From the NCBI GenBank assembly GCA_025356655.1, contig JANXRW010000026.1, forward strand, positions 4,195 to 68,194: a DNA stretch of 64,000 bases, read 5' to 3'. Position 1 is the first letter of the stretch. Every line of letters starts with the position of its first letter. Origin of the DNA: Betaproteobacteria bacterium (GTDB taxonomy: Bacteria; Pseudomonadota; Gammaproteobacteria; Burkholderiales; SHXO01). The notes beneath the pieces are model-generated. The model was not told where the DNA came from and searched no databases. It saw only the letters and a list, made by a program, of their open reading frames with translations. The position numbers and the translations under genes were made by a program. Below, one piece after another: positions 56,567 through 64,000 of the stretch.

Positions 56567-57463
56567 ATGAACCAGTTGCTTGCAGTCATCATCGACGGGA
56601 TCCTCTATTCGTCGTGGCTATTCGTGATCGGCGTCGGTCTCACCCTGATTTACGGGGTGATGCGGATCCTGAACGTTGCCCACGGGAGCCTCTACGCCCT
56701 GGGGGCCTATGCCGGCAGTTCCCTGGCGGGGTACTGGATCAGCCACGGCTACCCGCCATTGGGTAGCTACGCTGCCCTACTGGTGGCCGCGATCCTCGTG
56801 GGCCTCGTGGCATCGCCCATCATCGAGCGTGGCCTGCTGCGGCTGGTTTATGGCAAGGATGAGGTGGTACTGGTGTTGGTCACCTATTCCGTGTTCCTGA
56901 TCCTGGAAGATCTCATCAAGCTGATGTGGGGTGTGGATCCCATCTTCGTGCCGGAGCCCTACGGGCTGCTGGGCAGCTTCTCGGTGGGCGATCTCAGCTA
57001 CCCCATCTACAGCCTAGCCCTGGTACTGGTATCGGTGTTGGCGGGCATCGGCCTGACCTACATCCTCAATTACACCCGCCAGGGCAAAATCCTGGTGGCG
57101 GTGATCCATGATCGCGAAACCGCCGCTACCCTGGGTGTGAACGTACGCTTGGTGTATTTCCTCACCTTCACTGCCGGGGCCATGTTGGCGGCACTGGGCG
57201 GATCACTCACCGCGCCCACGATCTCCGTGCAGCCGGGCATCGGTGTCGAGGTCATCGTGCTCGCCTTCGCCGTGGTGGTCATCGGTGGCCTGGGCAGCCT
57301 GGGCGGAGCAGCCCTGGGCGCCCTCATCGTCGGCATGGTCCGTTCGGCTGCCGTGCACTACGTACCGCAAGTGGAACTCTTCAGCATCTACGTGGTGATG
57401 GCCCTAGTGCTCATCATACGGCCCAAGGGCCTATTCGCCGTCCCGGAAGCACGCCGCATATGA
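56567..57463 (+). CDS. branched-chain-amino-acid-type ABC permease (LivH-like)
   Basis: It is a multi-TM protein with 'GLTLIYGVMRILNVAHGSLYALGAY' and 'GGLGSLGGAALGALIVG'. Confidence 0.85.
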   Translation: MNQLLAVIIDGILYSSWLFVIGVGLTLIYGVMRILNVAHGSLYALGAYAGSSLAGYWISHGYPPLGSYAALLVAAILVGLVASPIIERGLLRLVYGKDEVVLVLVTYSVFLILEDLIKLMWGVDPIFVPEPYGLLGSFSVGDLSYPIYSLALVLVSVLAGIGLTYILNYTRQGKILVAVIHDRETAATLGVNVRLVYFLTFTAGAMLAALGGSLTAPTISVQPGIGVEVIVLAFAVVVIGGLGSLGGAALGALIVGMVRSAAVHYVPQVELFSIYVVMALVLIIRPKGLFAVPEARRI

Positions 57464-58398
57464 AACGCGACACCACGCTGCTGATTTACCTCCCGCTGCT
57501 GGTACTGCTTCTCGCAGCCGGCCCCCTACTGCCCAAGTGGGCGGGATTCCTGGTCAACGTCTCCCTCTGTTTCGGCACCGTAGTGCTGGGGATGTTGATC
57601 TTGATGCGCACGGGTCTGGTGTCCTTTGGGCAGGGCCTTTACTACTGCCTGGGCGCATACGCAGCCGGAACGCTGGACCACTTCTTCAAACTCTCCGACG
57701 TGCCGCTGATGATCCTCTGCGGCACGCTGCTCTCCGGGCTGGTGGCTTTCGGCTTGGGCTTCCTGTTGGCGCGCTACCGCGACATCTTCTTTGCCATGCT
57801 GAGCATGGCCTTTTCCATGATCCTGAACGGCTTGCTGGTCAAGACGTCCGAACTGGGAAGCACCGACGGGTTCAACGTCTCGGTGCACAGTTTCGCGGGC
57901 ATCGCCCTGGCCGAGCAGTCCGTGCGCTATGTGACCTACTCCACCACGGTGACGCTGACCGTTCTGGTGGGCGTGGGGGTGCACCTCTACCTGCGCTCCC
58001 ACCTGGGCCGCATGGCCGAGGCGGTGCGCGACAACGAACTGCGCCTGGAATACATGGGAACCTCGGTCAAGCGGCTGATCCATATCAATTACGTGCTCGC
58101 GGCCGCGCTGGCGGGCATGGGCGGGGCAATGATGGCCGTGACGGTGGGCCACATCGACCCGGAGATGGCCTACTGGACCACCTCGGGCGAGTTCGTGTTC
58201 ATCGCCATCCTGAGCGGCACCGGCAGCACGCTGGCCCCCTTCCTCGGCTCGACCGTCTTCGAAACCGTGCGCAGTTTCGCCTACGAATACTCCCCCAACA
58301 CGTGGCAAATGACGCTGGGCATCACCATGCTCCTGGTGATCCTGTTCCTACCGGGCGGGCTTTGGTCGATGTTCAACCGTCAGAGCGGGACGGCCTGA
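57460..58398 (+). CDS. branched-chain-amino-acid-type ABC permease (LivM-like)
   Basis: It is a multi-TM protein with 'GLVSFGQGLYYCLGAY' and has a 4-nt overlap with the upstream permease gene. Confidence 0.85.
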   Translation: MKRDTTLLIYLPLLVLLLAAGPLLPKWAGFLVNVSLCFGTVVLGMLILMRTGLVSFGQGLYYCLGAYAAGTLDHFFKLSDVPLMILCGTLLSGLVAFGLGFLLARYRDIFFAMLSMAFSMILNGLLVKTSELGSTDGFNVSVHSFAGIALAEQSVRYVTYSTTVTLTVLVGVGVHLYLRSHLGRMAEAVRDNELRLEYMGTSVKRLIHINYVLAAALAGMGGAMMAVTVGHIDPEMAYWTTSGEFVFIAILSGTGSTLAPFLGSTVFETVRSFAYEYSPNTWQMTLGITMLLVILFLPGGLWSMFNRQSGTA

Positions 58399-58399
58399 G

Positions 58400-59191
58400 A
58401 TGGCACAGCAGACAGGCGAGTTCTTCCTTGAGGCGCGCGGCGTCAACAAGAAATTTGGCGCCGTCACGGCCGCCTCCGACATCAATGTGGGCATCACCCA
58501 GCACAGCGTGGTTGGGCTGATCGGCAGTAACGGCGCCGGCAAGACAACCTTCATCAACATGGTGACGGGGTACCTGAAGCCCAGTTCGGGTTCCATCCTG
58601 TTCCAAGGCCGCGACATCACCTCACTGATCCCTCGGCAGGTGACCAACCTGGGAATCTGCCGTTCTTTCCAGATCCCCCAGCTCTTCGGCACCATGACCG
58701 CACGGCAGAACCTCCGGATCCCGGTGGGCATCGGGGCACGCCACCCCGGCGCTCAGCGCATGACCGATGCCCAGGAGATGGCCACGGTAGCGGCGGTGCT
58801 GGAGCGCTTCGGCCTGACCGGCTGCGCCGATCAGGTGAGTGCGCAACTGCCTGAAGGTACGCGCAAGCTACTTGATATTGCGATGGCCATGGCAGGCAAC
58901 CCCGAGATCCTGCTCCTCGATGAACCCACCAGTGGTGTTTCTGCCGAAGAAAAGTTCCTCATCATGGACATGGTCATGGGCGCGCTGGCAGCTTCGCGGA
59001 CGACAGTGCTCTTCGTCGAGCACGACATGGAGATCGTCGAGCGCTACGCCAGTCGGGTACTGGCCTTCTACGACGGGCGGATCATCGCCGACGGCAACCC
59101 GCAGACGGTGTTGACCGACCCCGAGGTACGCCGCTACGTGATCGGCGAGCACGTGCTCGGGCAGGGCCACGCGGGGGGATCCCATGCTTAA
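58400..59191 (+). CDS. ABC transporter ATP-binding protein (LivG-like)
   Basis: Walker A is 'GSNGAGKTT'. The signature-like region is 'LPEGTRKLLDIA' and Walker B is 'LLLDEPTSG'. Confidence 0.88.
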   Translation: MAQQTGEFFLEARGVNKKFGAVTAASDINVGITQHSVVGLIGSNGAGKTTFINMVTGYLKPSSGSILFQGRDITSLIPRQVTNLGICRSFQIPQLFGTMTARQNLRIPVGIGARHPGAQRMTDAQEMATVAAVLERFGLTGCADQVSAQLPEGTRKLLDIAMAMAGNPEILLLDEPTSGVSAEEKFLIMDMVMGALAASRTTVLFVEHDMEIVERYASRVLAFYDGRIIADGNPQTVLTDPEVRRYVIGEHVLGQGHAGGSHA

Positions 59192-59834
59192 GGTGGAATT
59201 GCTGGACGTGGCCATTGGCCGCGTGGGCATCCTCAGGGGAATCAGTCTGGAGGTGGGCACGGGCCGCTTCACCGGTCTTGTGGGACGCAACGGTGCGGGC
59301 AAGACGACGCTCCTGCGCGCCATCATGGGCATCCTGCGCGCACAGAAGGGCCAAGTGCATTTCGACGACAAACCCCTGGAGAGCATGCCGGTGCACGCTC
59401 GCGCCCGGCTGGGCATCGGCTATATGCCCGAGGACCGGCGCCTGGTGCCCAACCTGAGCGTCCAGGACAACGTGCTTATCCCCGCCTGGGCATCTGGCCT
59501 ACAGGACCCGAAGCGGCGCCTGGAAAAGATATACGCCATGATCCCGGAGGTGGAGCAGTTCTCCGGGCGCAAAGCCATGCAGCTCTCCGGCGGCCAGCAA
59601 AAGCTGGTAGCGCTGGCCCGCGCGCTCATGTCCGGCACGCAATTGCTTCTGCTCGACGAGCCCTTCGAGGGCGTGGCTCCTGTGCTCGCCCGGCGCCTCG
59701 CCGAGGTGATCGGCGGGCTCAAGCAGGAGGGCCTGTCGGTTCTGATCACCGAATCTGACCTGTCCCACTCGGAAGAAGTCCTCGACTCGCTTTATGTGAT
59801 CGATAGGGGCGAGGTTTCCCCCCGCCCCCTTTAG
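59184..59834 (+). CDS. ABC transporter ATP-binding protein (LivF-like, short)
   Basis: Walker A is 'GRNGAGKTT', the signature is 'LSGGQQKLVALA' and Walker B is 'LLLDEPFEG'. It overlaps the previous gene by 8 nt. Confidence 0.88.
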   Translation: MLKVELLDVAIGRVGILRGISLEVGTGRFTGLVGRNGAGKTTLLRAIMGILRAQKGQVHFDDKPLESMPVHARARLGIGYMPEDRRLVPNLSVQDNVLIPAWASGLQDPKRRLEKIYAMIPEVEQFSGRKAMQLSGGQQKLVALARALMSGTQLLLLDEPFEGVAPVLARRLAEVIGGLKQEGLSVLITESDLSHSEEVLDSLYVIDRGEVSPRPL

Positions 59835-59847
59835 AGCGGGTCCCTGG

Positions 59848-60579
59848 CTAGCCGCGCGCCCTGCGGCGCAGCCCGACAAGCAAACAGGCCAAGGCCGCGA
59901 GGGCGGTGGTTGAGGGCTCCGGCACTGCCGCAACCCGCAAGCTGACATCCGCGTCGCCGCGTGCCGCGCCATCCCACGCACCGGCCTCGGTAGTCAGCGT
60001 GATCTGTAGTTCGCCTTCGCCGCCCGGCGCCACCTCGAAGTAGCGCTTGAATGCCCGAGCCGTGGTCGGGCTGAAATCCGTGACGCTGACCCCTCCCTGC
60101 GCATCCACGGACCTCCAGGCCAGTTCCAGGACGCTGGTCGCCATGCCATCACCCAGTAACCCACTGCTGCTCGCTAGGTAGTCGAAGGAGAGTTCGGCAA
60201 AGCAGGTGCGCTGCGTGCACCCCAAGCCCGTCGAATCGAAAAGTGCTCCATAGGTGAGCGTCTGCGTGGCCTGCGTGGCCTGCGCGGTCGCGCTGAAGCC
60301 CACGGCAGTGGCCGCGGCGACCAGTTCCACGCCCTGGGGCCCGAGCGCGTCAACGCTGCCCACGGCGAGTGCCGAGTTGCGCGGATCGATCGCTCCACTG
60401 AGATCGGAGACACTGGTTACGGGAAAGGCGGGGCGGTCTCCTGACAGCGTCCCGGAGTGGTCCTCTGCCGCTTCCACAACGGTGTCGCTGCGGGCAGTGG
60501 CGGTGTCCGCGTAGCTAGGCGAGGCGAGCGGGGCAAGCAGTCCGAGGGCAGAAAATAGGGCAAGTGTCTTGGTTTTCAT
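59848..60579 (-). CDS. PEP-CTERM sorting-domain secreted protein
   Basis: The start is taken at 'MKTKTLALFSALGLLAPLASPSYA'. The C-terminal 'VPEPSTTALAALACLLVGLRRRARG' gives PEP, a TM segment and a basic tail. An ATGA overlap joins it to the upstream gene. Confidence 0.8.
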   Translation of the reverse strand: MKTKTLALFSALGLLAPLASPSYADTATARSDTVVEAAEDHSGTLSGDRPAFPVTSVSDLSGAIDPRNSALAVGSVDALGPQGVELVAAATAVGFSATAQATQATQTLTYGALFDSTGLGCTQRTCFAELSFDYLASSSGLLGDGMATSVLELAWRSVDAQGGVSVTDFSPTTARAFKRYFEVAPGGEGELQITLTTEAGAWDGAARGDADVSLRVAAVPEPSTTALAALACLLVGLRRRARG

Positions 60580-61895
60580 ATAAGGCCTCCGATGGATCGT
60601 GAAAGGAATACGCCGAGTCCGGCGAGGGTAAGGCTCACAGCTGCAAACCGGTTCGCCCGCAGATACCAGCCGCTGCGCGCGCCCAGGGCCAGTAGCGGCA
60701 CGATCAGCAGCACCAGCCCCACCTGGAAAGTCTCGATGCCCAAGTTGAAGGCGAGGAGGCTCAGGACTAGGTTCAGACCGCCCAGCGATTGGCCACCGGA
60801 CGGCATCGCCAGCGCGCCGGCAAAGCCGAAGCCGTGCACGAGCCCGAATCCGAAGGCCAGGATCACGCCGTGACGCCGGCCGCGCCCGAGGAGGTTGAGG
60901 AGTCCCACGTAGGCGATACTCAAGGCGATGGCCGGCTCCACCCAGGTCCCCGGCGGGCTCACCCAACCCAGGGCGGCAGAGGCTAAGCTCAGGCTATGGG
61001 CCACGGTAAAGGCGCTGACCACCGCCACCGTCTGCCGCAGCGGCAGGCGCAGAAGCAGAAGCCCCAACAGAAAGAGCAGATGATCCCAGCCCGTGGCGAT
61101 GTGATACATGCCCAGGTGGAAGTAGCGGCTGAGGAAGTGGTCATGCGGGGCGGCCGCCGGGGCAGCCGCGGGGGCCCCGGCCGGTACGGCCGACGGTGCA
61201 AGAACGGCTTCCCTCTCCGCGCGCGCGGCGGGGGGCGGGGCTAGGACGCTTGCAGGGGTTGCAGCACGCACCGCCGGGGACGCCTGCGCCGCTATCGCGC
61301 CAGGGCGCAGGCGCAGGCTACCGTGCAGGAGCCGGGGCACGTCGGCGGCGTCCAGCCGCGTCAGCCTCGCGCTGCGGTCCTGCCGCGGCAGCCCGCTCCA
61401 AGCCACACGGGCGCCGGGATCCGCGCGCAGCAGCAGTTCCTGCCAGCCGGGGGCGAAGGCCTCCGACCGGTCCTCGTAGTCCAGCGTGATGCCCCCGCCT
61501 GAGGCGTCCTCTGGCAGTTGCGCGTGCAGCCGCCCCTCGAGTCGCAGCACCTGGAGACCGGCCTCTGCCTCGCGTAGCGACCAGCGTGCGTTGCCAGGCC
61601 GCAGGCTCAACGCCTTAGCGCCAGCGCGCAGGCTGATCTGCCCGGAGAGTTCGCGCAGCCACCGCTGAGCATGGGCGCTCCACTCCGCGACACTGACTTC
61701 CCCGTCCCCGTCGATATCCGCCGCCGCGCTCTGGAGCAGGGTGGGCAACTCCGCCATCTCCAGCACGTAGTCCACAGTGAGTTCGTGGGCTCCCAGATCC
61801 AGCGCAGCCCAACGGTTGACGCTGCTGTTGCCCAGCGGGTGGGCGAGCGCGGGCGCCGCGAATACAAACCAGAGAAGCGCCGCCCAGGACTTCAT
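60576..61895 (-). CDS. HupE/UreJ_2-like membrane protein with periplasmic N-terminal domain
   Basis: A signal peptide is present. The C-terminal TM bundle shows 'GMYHIATGWDHLLFLLGLLLL', 'FTVAHSLSL' and 'FGFGLVHGFGFAGAL'. The N-terminal domain contains 'DIDGDGEVSVAE'. Confidence 0.75.
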   Translation of the reverse strand: MKSWAALLWFVFAAPALAHPLGNSSVNRWAALDLGAHELTVDYVLEMAELPTLLQSAAADIDGDGEVSVAEWSAHAQRWLRELSGQISLRAGAKALSLRPGNARWSLREAEAGLQVLRLEGRLHAQLPEDASGGGITLDYEDRSEAFAPGWQELLLRADPGARVAWSGLPRQDRSARLTRLDAADVPRLLHGSLRLRPGAIAAQASPAVRAATPASVLAPPPAARAEREAVLAPSAVPAGAPAAAPAAAPHDHFLSRYFHLGMYHIATGWDHLLFLLGLLLLRLPLRQTVAVVSAFTVAHSLSLASAALGWVSPPGTWVEPAIALSIAYVGLLNLLGRGRRHGVILAFGFGLVHGFGFAGALAMPSGGQSLGGLNLVLSLLAFNLGIETFQVGLVLLIVPLLALGARSGWYLRANRFAAVSLTLAGLGVFLSRSIGGLI

Positions 61896-62965
61896 GGCTG
61901 GCCAGCCGTCAGTGCCGCCACACGCTGGCGAAACACCGGGTCGGGCGTTCCCAAGCGCAGCGCAGATGCTGCCACGCGGGCGGCCTCCGCCTTCGCCCCC
62001 GAGCGGAATAGCGCCTCGCCCAGGACCAGTTCGCTGTAAATGTCCGGGCGGTCCTCATACTCCGCCCGCGCCAGTTCCAGGGCACGCGCCTGGCCCTGCG
62101 GCTGCAGGCTCAAAAAGGCGGCAAAGCTGCGGCGGTAGAGCCGCGCGGACTCGAGCCTCGCCATTGCGCCCAGCATCACTGTCATCCGGCGTTGCGCGGG
62201 CCGATCGCCCGCCGCCAGCGCGGCGAGATAAAGCTCGTAGGCCGTATCGGGCGCGGGCTGTCGGCGCAGCAATTCAGCGAGTAGCGCTTGCGCCTCGCCC
62301 GCGCGTCCCTGCGCCATGCGCAGGCGGGCCAGCAGACTCTGCGCCGCGGCAGGCGCGTCACTGCGGGCGGCCAGTATGTCTTCCTGCGCGCGGGCACCCT
62401 GCCCGAGCGCAATCAAGTATTCGGCACGTTGCAGGCGCACGAAAGCGCGAGCGGGGACGTCGGCGCCGGCATCGGCAAGTGCCCTGGCGGAAAGCTCCAG
62501 AGCACCGTCCCCGTCCCCGTAAAGGTAGCGCAAGTGCGCGGCCCGACTATAGGCGGGAAGCCCCGGATAATGGTCCAACATCGCCTGGACCACGTCCACA
62601 GCCTCCTCGTAGCGCCCAGTCTCCACCAGAGCGTCTGCCAGCAGACCCAACGCGCGGGCGTCCGTCCGGCGCGCCGCGCGCAGCGGCTCGAGCAGGCGCA
62701 AGGCCGCCTTGAAATTGTGCTGGCTCATCTCATACCAGGCGTGTAGTACGGCACTCGCCGGTTCTGCCGCGCCGCTGGCATCAATCCGCGCCAGTGCGGC
62801 CTCGATATCCTTGTAGAGCGCGGGGTCACTGCTCCCTCGGGCACGCTGGAGCAGGGACTCTACCCGCGCGATGTCGGCGCGCGGCTCGATCGCCTGCGCC
62901 AGGGCCGGCAAAGCGCTGGCAAACCAGAGCAGGATCACGGCGTAGCGGCCCAGGTAACGCGGCAT
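61892..62965 (-). CDS. periplasmic TPR-repeat protein
   Basis: The ATG lies at codon 16 of the listed ORF. The signal peptide is 'LLWFASALPALAQA'. The rest is TPR-like Ala/Leu/Arg-rich repeats. The stop overlaps the next gene by 4 nt. Confidence 0.7.
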   Translation of the reverse strand: MPRYLGRYAVILLWFASALPALAQAIEPRADIARVESLLQRARGSSDPALYKDIEAALARIDASGAAEPASAVLHAWYEMSQHNFKAALRLLEPLRAARRTDARALGLLADALVETGRYEEAVDVVQAMLDHYPGLPAYSRAAHLRYLYGDGDGALELSARALADAGADVPARAFVRLQRAEYLIALGQGARAQEDILAARSDAPAAAQSLLARLRMAQGRAGEAQALLAELLRRQPAPDTAYELYLAALAAGDRPAQRRMTVMLGAMARLESARLYRRSFAAFLSLQPQGQARALELARAEYEDRPDIYSELVLGEALFRSGAKAEAARVAASALRLGTPDPVFRQRVAALTAGQP

Positions 62966-63025
62966 GGCAATTCTCCTTAGGGCAAGCGCCACCAGGGGCC
63001 GGGGAAACACCCCGGCCCCTGGGAC

Positions 63026-64000
63026 TCAGTTACAGGGGTTCGCGCCGAACTCGTCGCAGTTCGCCGACCGACTGTTCCGCCCGTCATGCGGCGTGGGCAG
63101 GAAGGGGAAGATCTTCGCGATGCCGTTGACGGTGATCGGGATGCCGTCGCTGGTCTTCGCCCCGGGCGCATCAAGCACACCGTTCACGCCGTCGCCTGCC
63201 TGGCCCGCGATGTAGTTGGCCCCCCCCACGACACGGATAGCGATATCCGTTACATCGTCGTTGGGCCGACGCCCGTTGGGCCAACCCGCGGCGTCCGGCG
63301 TAGCAGTGCCAGCCGCATCGTGGGCGAACGGTCCCAGGCGGCGTTGACTATCCGCCGGCGTGGGCGGCACACCCAGGTTCAAGCGCAGCAGATCCGCACA
63401 GGGTTTGCCGCACTGCGTGCCAGCCAAGGCCTGACCGGGGTACTTGAGCAGGACCGAGAGGAGGTCCGTGCGCGGGGTTGCCGGGACCGGCACGCCAAAG
63501 CGCAGTTCCATGGCCACCGCCAGGATCGGGGTGCGGTAGAAGTTCTCGAACTGGGCCTCTTGCGCGGGCGCTTGGGTGTTCCAGTAGTCCTTGCTGGGCG
63601 TGTTGATGATCAATTCGTTCACCAACGGATTCGCCAAGCGGCTCACCTGCACCCAGGGCCCGGTTTCAACGGCATCGCCCTGTGTGCGCAGGACGCGGAC
63701 CTTCTGCCGGCTGGTGCTAGCGTAGACGCCGATCTGGGCATTGGCAGCCTGCGCATTCGCCACCGGCTGGTGATCGGAAGTAAGGCAACTGGCCGGGACT
63801 TCGATCGCGATGCTGTTCACGTTGGCGCCGCTGAACCGATTCACGCCGAAGGGGTTGCGGGTATCGTCGGCATCCTCCGCCACCGTCAGCAGGGGCAGGT
63901 TACGACGGAAATTCAGGGTGTCGAAGGCCGCCCCGAGGTCGATGGCGAAGGTTTCCGCCCGCTGCCCGGCAAACACCCGGACCCCGGCCGTGCCATCGGC
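63026..64000 (-). CDS. DUF4331 family protein, 5' end beyond the window
   Basis: The frame stays open to nt 64000, and the track 'M' at 63976 is an internal GTG. 'VFAGQRAETFAIDLGAAFDTLNF' and 'NVNSIAIEVP' resemble the DUF4331 core. Confidence 0.65.
   Translation of the reverse strand, partial: ADGTAGVRVFAGQRAETFAIDLGAAFDTLNFRRNLPLLTVAEDADDTRNPFGVNRFSGANVNSIAIEVPASCLTSDHQPVANAQAANAQIGVYASTSRQKVRVLRTQGDAVETGPWVQVSRLANPLVNELIINTPSKDYWNTQAPAQEAQFENFYRTPILAVAMELRFGVPVPATPRTDLLSVLLKYPGQALAGTQCGKPCADLLRLNLGVPPTPADSQRRLGPFAHDAAGTATPDAAGWPNGRRPNDDVTDIAIRVVGGANYIAGQAGDGVNGVLDAPGAKTSDGIPITVNGIAKIFPFLPTPHDGRNSRSANCDEFGANPCN

Noticed and set aside
60262-60288. Tandem 9-nt repeat considered as a possible mini-array or CRISPR-like signal
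   Set aside because: It is in frame inside the PEP-CTERM gene and encodes ATQ repeats. It has no spacers and no repeat-spacer architecture. No CRISPR array was seen anywhere in the window.

Overview
This 64-kb window is a high-GC proteobacterial chromosome segment of roughly two-thirds G+C, judged by eye. All calls come from manual reading of the ORF track and sequence. No searches were run, and family names are motif recognitions. Several start codons are uncertain because the track also counts GTG and TTG as M. The gene content includes soxXYZAB without soxCD, rhd-tusA, petABC-sspAB, hemCDXY, accBC-prmA and a PEP-CTERM protein. This suggests a sulfur-oxidising betaproteobacterium of the Thiobacillus type, which is inference only.

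Layout:
- (1) 1-6835 is an accessory region. It holds the 3' part of a Wadjet anti-plasmid module (jetC truncated by the window edge, plus jetD) and a lone selD. Next comes about 1.2 kb of abutting gene fragments: an IS66 transposase tail, an RHS/YD core piece, and an integrase N-terminus with an in-frame TAG. These sit against a tRNA-Thr(UGU), as in a decayed tRNA-linked island.
- (2) 6.8-20.6 kb is core. It holds sspBA, petCBA, a DUF218 protein, OsmC, coq7-tusA-rhodanese behind a Ser/Thr kinase fused to a cNMP-binding domain, a BepA-like protease, and moaC-soxXYZAB.
- (3) 20.7-33.8 kb is the most interesting block and lies entirely on the minus strand. Two tandem pilin genes about 94% identical carry sigma-54-type promoters. 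Upstream lie a GAF-HD-GYP protein, a GAF-fused GspE/PilB-family ATPase, a class-II-like cNMP phosphodiesterase, a CHASE2 class III cyclase, a double-FHA protein, a PP2C phosphatase and a CHASE2 Ser/Thr kinase. Together these form a coherent but apparently uncharacterised cyclic-nucleotide plus Ser/Thr-phosphorylation module wired to a secretion-type ATPase.
- (4) 34-59.8 kb is core. It holds DUF1330, a glycosyltransferase, dgkA, tpx, DUF3426, prmA, accCB, tlpA-like, dsbD, frameshifted cutA, an SDR, an FNR-like reductase, ppc, hemYXDC, argH, mgsA and a Liv-type ABC transporter. The dsbD carries a duplicated N-terminal redox domain.
- (5) 59.8-64 kb is a translationally coupled operon of unknown function: DUF4331, a TPR protein, a HupE/UreJ-like protein with an EF-hand loop, and a PEP-CTERM protein.

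No CRISPR array or rRNA was seen. Many long antisense ORFs are GC-driven shadows.
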